A stretch of DNA of 64,000 bases from a virus. The stretch lies in the IMG/VR virus record IMGVR_UViG_3300026532_000001. One strand, 5' to 3'. Both the position numbers and the translations under genes were made by a program. Below, piece by piece: positions 26,415 through 33,909 of the stretch (position 1 is its first letter; each line of letters starts with the position of its first letter). The notes below the pieces were generated by a model. It was not told the origin of the DNA and did no database searches. It saw only the letters and a program-made list of their open reading frames with translations.

Positions 26415-27406
26415 TGAGTTACGCATACTACAATGATATAGATGCATTTTGTTGTAAAGTACTCAGGAAGAACATTGCACTAGGGAATTTGCCAGGAGGC
26501 AAAGTTGATGAAAGAGACATCAGAGACGTTAAAGCAGCAGACTTTATGGGATATCAGCATGTCCATTTGTTCGCAGGAATCGGAGCCTTTGCTCTTGGGA
26601 TGCGATGGGCAGGGTATCCAAGCAGCATCAGAACCTTTACGGGAGGTTTTCCCTGCCAAGATGTGTCTAATGCAGGGAAACGAGCGGGAATTGAAGGAGA
26701 GCATAGCGGACTCTGGAAAGAGATGTGCCGTCTCATTCAGGAAGCGATGGATAGCGGCATGGGACCGGATATCATCATCTTGGAAAACGTCTCAGCTCTT
26801 ATTCACAGGGGACTATCAACAGTACTCGGGGATTTGGCCGAAATCGGGATGGATGCAAGATGGTTCTGTCTACGAGCTTCAGATGTCGGAGCGCCCCACC
26901 AGCGAGAGCGAATATTCATTGTGGCCCACTCCGAGAGCAGAGAAGATCGGCGGGTACTCGAGCCCGGACTATCGGCCAACCTTAGCGCAGAAAGTCCAGA
27001 TGTGGCCGACGCCCGCAGCACAGGACGGCAAGAATGCAACGTGTCCGCCATCGCAGGCAGACAGGGACACATTGCCGGGCTCAATGTGGAGGACCCCACA
27101 GGCGGACGAAAACGGCAGCATCAAGCCACCAGAGGAGAGAAAGGGACACAATCTCTCAATCTCCAATCAAGTCCAAGGCAACTTGAACCCGGAGTGGGTC
27201 GAAATGCTGCAAGGTTTTCCAGTGGGCTACACGGACATCAGTGGCCCGCAGGTCCAGGGGAGTCACAGCATGAATGGGAGCCTCCAAGAACCGTTGTTGG
27301 CAAGCAACCCGATAGGGCAAAGCGCTTAAAGGCGTTGGGAAATGCAATAGTGCCGCAATGTGTGCAATATGTTGTAGAGCACATACTAGCGAACATGGGG
27401 AAATGA
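26387..27406 (+). CDS. DNA (cytosine-5)-methyltransferase
   Basis: Frame A motifs: FAGIGAF (26570-26584), GGFPCQDVSNAGKR (PCQ 26651-26659), ENV (26783-26791), QRERIFIVA (26900-26926), and LGNAIVPQ (27338-27358). Confidence 0.8.
   Translation: MERSKEGEIVSYAYYNDIDAFCCKVLRKNIALGNLPGGKVDERDIRDVKAADFMGYQHVHLFAGIGAFALGMRWAGYPSSIRTFTGGFPCQDVSNAGKRAGIEGEHSGLWKEMCRLIQEAMDSGMGPDIIILENVSALIHRGLSTVLGDLAEIGMDARWFCLRASDVGAPHQRERIFIVAHSESREDRRVLEPGLSANLSAESPDVADARSTGRQECNVSAIAGRQGHIAGLNVEDPTGGRKRQHQATRGEKGTQSLNLQSSPRQLEPGVGRNAARFSSGLHGHQWPAGPGESQHEWEPPRTVVGKQPDRAKRLKALGNAIVPQCVQYVVEHILANMGK
26505..27329 (+). CDS. candidate overlapping +1-frame ORF inside the MTase gene, carrying MTase TRD/motif-IX-like sequence
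   Basis: 274 codons are open in frame B. Contains SGIWPKSGWMQDGSVYEL; LWPTP (26919-26933), MWPTP and MWRTP; and NPEWVEMLQGFPVGYTD (27186-27236). Expression is unproven. Confidence 0.3.
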   Translation: MMKETSETLKQQTLWDISMSICSQESEPLLLGCDGQGIQAASEPLREVFPAKMCLMQGNERELKESIADSGKRCAVSFRKRWIAAWDRISSSWKTSQLLFTGDYQQYSGIWPKSGWMQDGSVYELQMSERPTSESEYSLWPTPRAEKIGGYSSPDYRPTLAQKVQMWPTPAAQDGKNATCPPSQADRDTLPGSMWRTPQADENGSIKPPEERKGHNLSISNQVQGNLNPEWVEMLQGFPVGYTDISGPQVQGSHSMNGSLQEPLLASNPIGQSA

Positions 27407-27407
27407 A

Positions 27408-27650
27408 ATGCTACAAGTAGAACAAAATGTACCAAGTGAATATAGTACATTGTACAATAATTATGTAGCAGCGTTGAAAGACAAGCTAGAGTACATCATG
27501 TGGGTAGTACTCGATAGAGGTCACAAGACAATGATAGTTGAGAAAGAGAAGCACCAGAGAATGATAGAGCAGTTATTGAGAAGTGGTGATGTGCAGCGTG
27601 TGAAGGTGGCAGAAGAGGTGATGAGAAGGAGTATAGGAACATGGGAATAA
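27408..27650 (+). CDS. hypothetical protein
   Basis: 80-aa ORF, tightly packed. Confidence 0.45.
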   Translation: MLQVEQNVPSEYSTLYNNYVAALKDKLEYIMWVVLDRGHKTMIVEKEKHQRMIEQLLRSGDVQRVKVAEEVMRRSIGTWE

Positions 27651-27889
27651 ATGAGTTCGAAAAGCTCATCTCGCAAGCAGGCCTCAACCTGCTCTCGAAA
27701 TACGCACCTCGGTTCGTGGTGTCGCTCCGGGTACCTCAGCAAATTGGCACCCGCTACCTGTGTGAGACGATCAGTTACGCGCCTGCTGAATTTGCCATGC
27801 TTACACCAGAACAGGCAAAGCAGCAAATTGCAGCATGCAGGGCAAAGCTTGAGCGTGCTGCGAAGACGAAACGGGGGATGCTGAGATGA
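27641..27889 (+). CDS. hypothetical protein
   Basis: 82-aa ORF overlapping its neighbours. Confidence 0.45.
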   Translation: MGINEFEKLISQAGLNLLSKYAPRFVVSLRVPQQIGTRYLCETISYAPAEFAMLTPEQAKQQIAACRAKLERAAKTKRGMLR

Positions 27890-28092
27890 ACAATGAGCTC
27901 ATAAGAGAGGTCATCACTAGAAACGACAATAGTAACGTTCTTGCAACAATGGATAGAATTGAGTCAGAAGGATGGAAATTTGTAAAAGAGGAGAAAGTGC
28001 ATGGACAGGATGATGTAACACAGCCAAACGGTTTTGTTTTCACATCTTATGTAAAGTTGTGTTTTACGAAAAGAGGCAATAGTGAAATGTAA
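27886..28092 (+). CDS. hypothetical protein
   Basis: 68 aa; ATGA overlap. Confidence 0.45.
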   Translation: MNNELIREVITRNDNSNVLATMDRIESEGWKFVKEEKVHGQDDVTQPNGFVFTSYVKLCFTKRGNSEM

Positions 28093-28363
28093 CCACAAGA
28101 ATGTGCTGATAACAGAGCACATCTTGAGTAGATATACCTACACCATACTTGATGGACACTTGGCAGGGACGTACTCATCAGGTGCTCCATTGCCTCGGCA
28201 GTTCAATGTCAGTTGCCAGGACTGCGGTCTCAATAAGACATACCGCTATGAACCTGGCGAGTTCGGGCCTCATTCTAGCCCTGGGTGGCTGTACGACTGC
28301 ATAGAGCAAGTGGTGTGCAAAAATTGGAGATTGCAACCAGCACCGGAAAGGAGGAAGGCATGA
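28082..28363 (+). CDS. hypothetical Cys-containing protein
   Basis: 93 aa; GTG start. Confidence 0.4.
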   Translation: MKCNHKNVLITEHILSRYTYTILDGHLAGTYSSGAPLPRQFNVSCQDCGLNKTYRYEPGEFGPHSSPGWLYDCIEQVVCKNWRLQPAPERRKA

Positions 28364-28488
28364 ACGAATACCAGCAACGAGCACTCAAGCATCATTGTCG
28401 CTTGGCAATTGAAACAGCGCATCCAAGATTTGGATACAAGAAAGGCACATATAGTATAGTTCTGACAATAAACTCAGGATATGAGTGA
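28360..28488 (+). CDS. small ORF ending at an in-frame TGA that is contiguous in frame with 28534..28791
   Basis: ATGA overlap with the upstream gene and a GGAGGAAGG SD. The same reading frame stays open after TGA 28486-28488. Confidence 0.35.
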   Translation: MNEYQQRALKHHCRLAIETAHPRFGYKKGTYSIVLTINSGYE

Positions 28489-28533
28489 ATAGAAGAAGGA
28501 TATGGAGGACCAGTTTGGCACTCCTCAGCGGCT

Positions 28534-28791
28534 ATGGCACCCGGATATGTGCCTAATGAACAGTTCTTACAGCATGCAGCTCTTGACGCTCTACAGGGAA
28601 TTGGCAATAAAGCGTTAGGAGAGTGGCATGAGTGGACAGGGACGTACTACCACATCAGAAGACGGCTATCGAAAGACGAGCAAAAGAAAGTAGGCGACAT
28701 GGTAGACGTGCGAGGTACAGATGAAGGCATCAGGAGAGCAGAAGCTGTACAGCGGTTTCTGCCTTCATATATGAGAGGGAGGATTGAATGA
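28534..28791 (+). CDS. hypothetical protein (may begin upstream by readthrough)
   Basis: 85 aa from the first ATG, with no SD. The in-frame upstream codons read IEEGYGGPVWHSSAA. Confidence 0.4.
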   Translation: MAPGYVPNEQFLQHAALDALQGIGNKALGEWHEWTGTYYHIRRRLSKDEQKKVGDMVDVRGTDEGIRRAEAVQRFLPSYMRGRIE

Positions 28792-29013
28792 ATGAATGAA
28801 GGAGAAAAGCTGCTCACCTTCAAAGAAGCGTACAAGTACCTCAGGGTGAGCAGATCAACACTCATACGCTTTATGAAGCGGGGTGATATAGCATATCACA
28901 AAGTGGGGCATAGCCTACGCTTCTATAAAAAAGATCTGAGGGAGGTAGTAAAGGCAGTGGATGTAAATGGTATGGGAAATCAGGTGGAACCGATTGACAC
29001 TGAGGGGGACTGA
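28792..29013 (+). CDS. excisionase-family HTH protein
   Basis: LLTFKEAYKYLRVSRSTLIRFMKRGDIAYHKVGHSLRFYKKDL. Lies immediately upstream of the integrase. Confidence 0.65.
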   Translation: MNEGEKLLTFKEAYKYLRVSRSTLIRFMKRGDIAYHKVGHSLRFYKKDLREVVKAVDVNGMGNQVEPIDTEGD

Positions 29014-29027
29014 GTGGTACCGATTTG

Positions 29028-29056
29028 TTGACTCCTGTTCTATTTCTTGCTAGAAT
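29028..29056 (+). promoter_or_regulatory. sigma70-like promoter for the integrase
   Basis: TTGACT (29028-29033), 17 nt, TAGAAT (29051-29056). Confidence 0.55.
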
Positions 29057-29115
29057 AGTATTCGACTAATCATCGTTAGTGCTAATTGAACCAAAGTTCA
29101 AAGCAGGAGAAGAAT

Positions 29116-30099
29116 ATGAGCACGGAAGTTACAAGCATCGTTGAGAGTACACAGCTTGATTTATGGATAATGGGATGGTTGCACGAAAAGGGGACGATAT
29201 CTGGTAGTAAAAAGACATTAAAGGCATATAGGGATACAATTGATAGATTTCGTCTTATGCTAAAACAGGCAAATCTAGACCTTGATAGTATCTCTAGTGA
29301 TGAATATGGGTCTGGTATCACTATGAGGCAAGCTCTAAGGTTAAAGGCTCAAGAGTTCTCTACCTACTCAGAAAGAGGCATACAAGTAAAGCCTGCAACA
29401 GTGGAACAAAGACTTGCGGTTATCAGTAGCTTCTATGAGTATGCTATCAGACAAGAATATCTCTTGATCAATCCGATTAAGATGATAGAACGTCCAAAGG
29501 TGCAAGACTATCAAACATCTCGAGCACTCACGCAGGAGCAAACTATGCAGGGCCTGGAAAGCATTGATCGAGAGACACCTAGAGGTAAGCGTGACTATGC
29601 TATGATTTGTGTCCTTCTCTCTACCGGCCGCCGCGTCTCTGAAGTCGCAAACCTTGAGAGAAAGGATCTGCGTATTGACTCAAGAGGCAATATCACTGTT
29701 ACCTTTCTCTGCAAAGGGAATAAGATACTCACAGATGACCTACCAGAAGACACCTCTAAAGCTGTTCTTGAGTGGCTTCAAGCATACTATGAAGCCGATG
29801 TAAACAAGATCGATCCTCATGCAGCCCTCTGGATTAATCTTTCTCCCAGGAAGCATGGAAGCAAGCTTGATATGCGTAGCTTCTCCAATGTGTGTGAGAA
29901 ATACTTCGGAACTGGCAAAGTTCATGCTATGCGCCATACATGGACTGTCAACATGCTCAAGGAAGGCGCAAATCTACAGCTCATCAGGCAGAAGCTTGGG
30001 CATAGCTCACTAGAAACTACTGGCATCTATGCCGCTTCATTGGAGCAAAACGAAAACCCGTTCGCTGAGAGGATAGCGAAAAGAGCAGGAATTAAGTAG
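29116..30099 (+). CDS. tyrosine recombinase / phage integrase (XerC/D-like)
   Basis: RVSEVANL (Arg), HAMRHTWTVNML (HxxR), and LGHSSLETTGIYA (catalytic Tyr). AGGAGA SD lies before ATG 29116. Confidence 0.9.
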   Translation: MSTEVTSIVESTQLDLWIMGWLHEKGTISGSKKTLKAYRDTIDRFRLMLKQANLDLDSISSDEYGSGITMRQALRLKAQEFSTYSERGIQVKPATVEQRLAVISSFYEYAIRQEYLLINPIKMIERPKVQDYQTSRALTQEQTMQGLESIDRETPRGKRDYAMICVLLSTGRRVSEVANLERKDLRIDSRGNITVTFLCKGNKILTDDLPEDTSKAVLEWLQAYYEADVNKIDPHAALWINLSPRKHGSKLDMRSFSNVCEKYFGTGKVHAMRHTWTVNMLKEGANLQLIRQKLGHSSLETTGIYAASLEQNENPFAERIAKRAGIK

Positions 30100-30111
30100 G
30101 AAAGGACACCC

Positions 30112-30348
30112 ATGAACTCTGAAGAAGCGGTCACCAACATGCAGGCGAATATGGCAGCACTGGAAGCCACAAAGCCAACGATGCAAGAGGCTACTGATGC
30201 ACTGGCTACACTTGGCCCAGCTATGCATGTCGCTTGGGAGCATTGCCTGTCCGACGATGCACTATGGGCAATGAGAGCAAAGCATTATGGCAAACTGCGG
30301 ACATGGTGGCTACGTCGGCAATTGAGAAGGGAAGGACACCACCCATGA
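30112..30348 (+). CDS. hypothetical protein
   Basis: 78 aa. Confidence 0.45.
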   Translation: MNSEEAVTNMQANMAALEATKPTMQEATDALATLGPAMHVAWEHCLSDDALWAMRAKHYGKLRTWWLRRQLRREGHHP

Positions 30349-30551
30349 ACCAACTTGAAGCAGCACGCCTAGCAAAGTCAATCGTCAGATTAGAACAATT
30401 TACCGTCGAGATCAAAGGCGAAGACGACGAGTGCTGGCTCGTCCTCACTCCTACTATCGCCGATCCCGAGCACCCATGGCTCTGGCATGAGATTAGGAAG
30501 CCAGTCGACTGGGCAAAGATAGCGATGTCAGAAAGGTCCAACGCACAATGA
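30345..30551 (+). CDS. hypothetical protein
   Basis: ATGA overlap; start placed at MNQLEAARL. Confidence 0.45.
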   Translation: MNQLEAARLAKSIVRLEQFTVEIKGEDDECWLVLTPTIADPEHPWLWHEIRKPVDWAKIAMSERSNAQ

Positions 30552-30868
30552 ACCAACCCAACGATGACCACTCACCAGACCTTGAAGAGCGCGTCAAAGA
30601 CCTCGAGCAACTCTTTGGAAAGATCATCAAGAACGAGGAAGATCTGATCAAATTGTCGAAAAGGCAGACCTTTAACGTGCGAGAGATCAGCGGCAGCGTT
30701 GGCAACTTGCAACTCGACGTCGGCGACCTGCGCGAGCGCTTCGATACCGTCGAAAGAAAGCTCGACAAGATTGATACGGCACAAGGCGAGCATACGAAGC
30801 GCTTCGATCGGATAGAGACGATAATGCTGCAGATTTTAGACCGATTGCCACAGCCAGAGGGGGAATAG
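30548..30868 (+). CDS. coiled-coil protein
   Basis: 106 aa with a heptad-rich sequence. Confidence 0.5.
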   Translation: MNQPNDDHSPDLEERVKDLEQLFGKIIKNEEDLIKLSKRQTFNVREISGSVGNLQLDVGDLRERFDTVERKLDKIDTAQGEHTKRFDRIETIMLQILDRLPQPEGE

Positions 30869-30892
30869 CCACAACTCGGAACAGAAACTTGG

Positions 30893-30922
30893 AATAGTCC
30901 TAGCCACCACGCTAGGGCTATT
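30893..30922 (+). terminator. hairpin terminator candidate after the early/integration block
   Basis: 12-bp stem aatagtcctagc/gctagggctatt (one G-U pair), loop caccac. Confidence 0.45.
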
Positions 30923-30981
30923 TCATGCCCACAATACATTCCTCACACGTATACAAAAGTGTAGAACTATTCCCCACGGCA

Positions 30982-30990
30982 TGGTATACT
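30982..30990 (+). promoter_or_regulatory. extended -10 element TGGTATACT upstream of the packaging/structural operon
   Basis: The same TGGTATA(A/C)T element precedes four endonuclease genes in this window. Confidence 0.4.
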
Positions 30991-31111
30991 TTCCACAGAG
31001 GCAAGCCCGCTCCTCTCGATTATGATTGCAGGCACGGCTTGAATATTGATCGTCTACCTCCTTTTGGAGAATGTATTGTTTTTCTACCTTAGTTCTCCTA
31101 GTTCTGGGAAG

Positions 31112-31139
31112 AGACGCTACTATTCGGCTAGTAGCGTCT
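31112..31139 (+). promoter_or_regulatory. 11-bp perfect hairpin plus TTT in the leader of the late operon
   Basis: agacgctacta (31112-31122) pairs with tagtagcgtct (31129-31139), followed by ttt. It lies 23 nt before ATG 31162. Confidence 0.4.
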
Positions 31140-31161
31140 TTCCACAATAGAGAGCGAATGA

Positions 31162-31488
31162 ATGAAAGAAAAGACAGAAGAGCATACACCACCATATGGT
31201 CTAGGTGGAGTTGTTCTAGATGTAGCAGTTGATCCTATAGAAGAAGAGCAACCCTGTACACATCAGGGGCACTATCGTCTTGCAGGTGGCTCCTACTGTG
31301 CTATTCGCATGTGTGTCAATTGCGGTAAATCATGGCGTATATGGATGAAGGGCGACTTTCCGGGTGAGTGTCCTGTAGCAGAGTGGGAGCCGATCAAAGA
31401 AGGTCTGGAAGTCGAAGAGCGTGTTGTAGGGAACTATGATGAAGCTGAGATTTATACTGAAGATGATGAGATAGAGCAGGAAGGATAA
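31162..31488 (+). CDS. hypothetical Cys-rich protein with an N-terminal PPYGLGG motif
   Basis: 108 aa; the motif is shared with 33612..33908. Confidence 0.5.
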   Translation: MKEKTEEHTPPYGLGGVVLDVAVDPIEEEQPCTHQGHYRLAGGSYCAIRMCVNCGKSWRIWMKGDFPGECPVAEWEPIKEGLEVEERVVGNYDEAEIYTEDDEIEQEG

Positions 31489-31491
31489 GTT

Positions 31492-31602
31492 ATGACTATC
31501 ACGGGTGATATGCTCATGACAGCACTGATCACTGCTATACTTGTGGTGATACTTGAAGCGGTTGTGTCGTTGCTGTTTGGTCGAATGTGGCCTCCTCGAT
31601 AG
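31492..31602 (+). CDS. small hydrophobic peptide (36 aa)
   Basis: GGAAGGA SD. Translation is MTITGDMLMTALITAILVVILEAVVSLLFGRMWPPR. Below the ORF-track cutoff. Confidence 0.3.
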   Translation: MTITGDMLMTALITAILVVILEAVVSLLFGRMWPPR

Positions 31603-31609
31603 GATTGCT

Positions 31610-32107
31610 ATGTCAAGAGTTTGTACGATTTGTTCGCACGAAAAACGAGCTGAAATTGAAGCGGCAATCGTCACAGGGGGATCATATCGTCACATAGCGT
31701 CACAATTCGGGGTAGGGTACAAGTCGGTAGAAAGACATGCTACTGAGCATATCCAATCATCAGTCAAGCAGTCTCAAGAGGCAAAAGAAGAGGCTAGAGG
31801 TCTAGACGTTGTAAAACAGCTCAAGGATATAAACACAGTAACACTTGCTATCCTGCAAAAAGCAAAGGATACAAAGGATAAAGAGTGGTTAGCACTTCAA
31901 GCTATCGATAGAGTATGTAAGCAATTAGAGCTACAAGCCAAGCTGTTAAGCAATATAGATGATAATAAAGACGAGACGATTAACCCAAGCTTAATGCCGT
32001 ATGTAACAGAAGAAGAGATGACAACCATTAAGAATGTTGTAGAACGAGCGAAAGAACGAAAAGCGAAAGCAGAAGAGAACATTATACCGATGAGGAAACA
32101 CGCGTGA
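31610..32107 (+). CDS. terminase small subunit (putative)
   Basis: Lies immediately upstream of and overlapping TerL. N-terminal CTICSH plus HTH-like SYRHIASQFGVGYKSVERH. Confidence 0.55.
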   Translation: MSRVCTICSHEKRAEIEAAIVTGGSYRHIASQFGVGYKSVERHATEHIQSSVKQSQEAKEEARGLDVVKQLKDINTVTLAILQKAKDTKDKEWLALQAIDRVCKQLELQAKLLSNIDDNKDETINPSLMPYVTEEEMTTIKNVVERAKERKAKAEENIIPMRKHA

Positions 32108-33621
32108 TTATCACAGAGTCCCTTTTGACTATGATGGAAGCTGAAGAGGCCAGGCGCAACTTCACACTCTTTGTGAAGCATGCCTGGCATGAGCTAGAGC
32201 CAGACACGCCACTGCTGTGGAACTGGCATCTCGACGCGCTCTGCATTCATCTCCAGGCACTCTACACCCGCGAAATCACCCGTCTCCTGATCGGTATAGG
32301 CCCGGGCCACGCAAAATCCACCATTGTCTCTGTGATGTTCCCGGTCTGGTGTTGGGTAAATGATCCCTATTCTCGCTGGCTCTGTGCCTCGCATAGCCTC
32401 GATCTGGCTATTCGTGATAATCGCTATCGTCGTCGGTTGATCGAGTCTGAATGGTTTCAAGAGCGTTACGGGCATCTGTTTAAGTTCGCGCATGATCAGA
32501 GATTGAAGTCCTACTATGAGAACGATAAAAAAGGGTATCATATGGCTTTAGCGGTCCGTGGATCTGGAACTGGAAAAAGAGCATCGCATTTATTGATAGA
32601 TGACGCGCATAATGCGATGGAAGGGGAAGCCGATCAAAAAGCGGTGATAGAGTGGTTTGGCAAGACTTGGATTAGTCGCCTCAATGATCAGCAGCATGGG
32701 CCTATGGTCGTCGTCGGTCAGCGGTTGCGTGCAACTGATTTAATTGGACATCTGCTTGAATTAGGTGGCTGGGAACATCTTTGCCTGCCAGAGGAGTTTG
32801 AACCTGATCGACGGAGTGTGACCAAGATTGGATGGCAAGATCCTCGCACACAAGAGGGAGAATTGCTCTGGCCAGAGAAGTTTTCCAGGGAAGTCCTTGA
32901 TAGTCTGAAGAAATCGATGGGAAGCCTGGATTATGCTGCACAGTTTCAGCAGCGTCCGGTACCTGCTGGCGGCGGACAATTCAAAAAGCAATGGTTCCGG
33001 TACTTTACTGCCGAAAATGACTATTACCAGCTAGAAACCGATGCTGGCTTCAAGCGGTTCCTCACAAAAGATTGCTGGCTGTTCATGACTCTCGATCTGG
33101 CTATCTCGACCAAGCAAACCGCGGATTATACCGTGATGTGCACCTGGGCTGTGACTCCTGATCGTGACTTGCTCCTCATAGGCCGACTTCGTGACCGCCT
33201 GGACAACCCTGCTCAGCAGCAGCAGACATCAGTGCTCTACCAACGATATCGCCCCAGCTTCATAAAAATTGAAAGCGTGGCCTATCAGCTTGCTCTTGTG
33301 CAACAACTTCGTAGACAAGGCTTGCCAGTCAAGGAATACAAGCCAGTCAAGGACAAGGTGGCTCGCGCGACAACGGCTGCTGTCTACTACGAGTCAAGCA
33401 AGGTGTTTCATCCCAAACAGGCATCATGGCTCCATGAGTGGGAAGATGAGCTTCTGTTATTCCCTCTGGGTGCTCATGATGACCAGGTAGATAATGCATC
33501 AATGGCTTGTGAAGAGCTGGGCATGCCTCGCAGTGTAGGTGGTATGGTCGTCGACAAACCAACTGAAGAAGAGAAAGAGCGACAGCAGTATGAAGAGGAG
33601 GATGAATTAGCATGGCGATGA
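32104..33621 (+). CDS. terminase large subunit
   Basis: ATPase motifs GIGPGHAKST and HLLIDDAHN. C-terminal nuclease motifs include LDLAIS...ADYTV and GAHDDQVDNASMA. Confidence 0.9.
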   Translation: MIITESLLTMMEAEEARRNFTLFVKHAWHELEPDTPLLWNWHLDALCIHLQALYTREITRLLIGIGPGHAKSTIVSVMFPVWCWVNDPYSRWLCASHSLDLAIRDNRYRRRLIESEWFQERYGHLFKFAHDQRLKSYYENDKKGYHMALAVRGSGTGKRASHLLIDDAHNAMEGEADQKAVIEWFGKTWISRLNDQQHGPMVVVGQRLRATDLIGHLLELGGWEHLCLPEEFEPDRRSVTKIGWQDPRTQEGELLWPEKFSREVLDSLKKSMGSLDYAAQFQQRPVPAGGGQFKKQWFRYFTAENDYYQLETDAGFKRFLTKDCWLFMTLDLAISTKQTADYTVMCTWAVTPDRDLLLIGRLRDRLDNPAQQQQTSVLYQRYRPSFIKIESVAYQLALVQQLRRQGLPVKEYKPVKDKVARATTAAVYYESSKVFHPKQASWLHEWEDELLLFPLGAHDDQVDNASMACEELGMPRSVGGMVVDKPTEEEKERQQYEEEDELAWR

Positions 33622-33908
33622 ATGAAGAAGATAATTTTATCCCGCCTTATGGGCTAGGTGGCTATGCTGCTGACATTCCTTCAGTTGTGCATCCTGTACC
33701 ACCTATAGAAGTATGGAATGCGCTAGTAGCAGAAGTTGAAAGCAAAAGCACACATCCGTATAAGAACATAGCTATGAATGTTCTAAGTGAGATGCGTAAA
33801 TATGTAGGATATAGTTATGCTATAGACTTTAAGACACCCAGGGATGTAGAACGCCTTGCCATTGCTATACAAAGATTTGTAGATACGAGAGAAAAGGAGC
33901 AAGAATAG
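33612..33908 (+). CDS. hypothetical protein with an N-terminal PPYGLGG motif
   Basis: 98 aa, located between TerL and the portal. Confidence 0.5.
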   Translation: MAMNEEDNFIPPYGLGGYAADIPSVVHPVPPIEVWNALVAEVESKSTHPYKNIAMNVLSEMRKYVGYSYAIDFKTPRDVERLAIAIQRFVDTREKEQE

Positions 33909-33909
33909 C

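Noticed and set aside
28785-28798. A (GAAT)3 microsatellite.
   Set aside because: It is only three units, and it simply forms the TGA/ATG junction between 28534..28791 and 28792..29013.
30923-31195. A 90-aa minus-strand ORF in the late-operon leader.
   Set aside because: It has no SD, overlaps the promoter, hairpin and start of 31162, and shows no motif.
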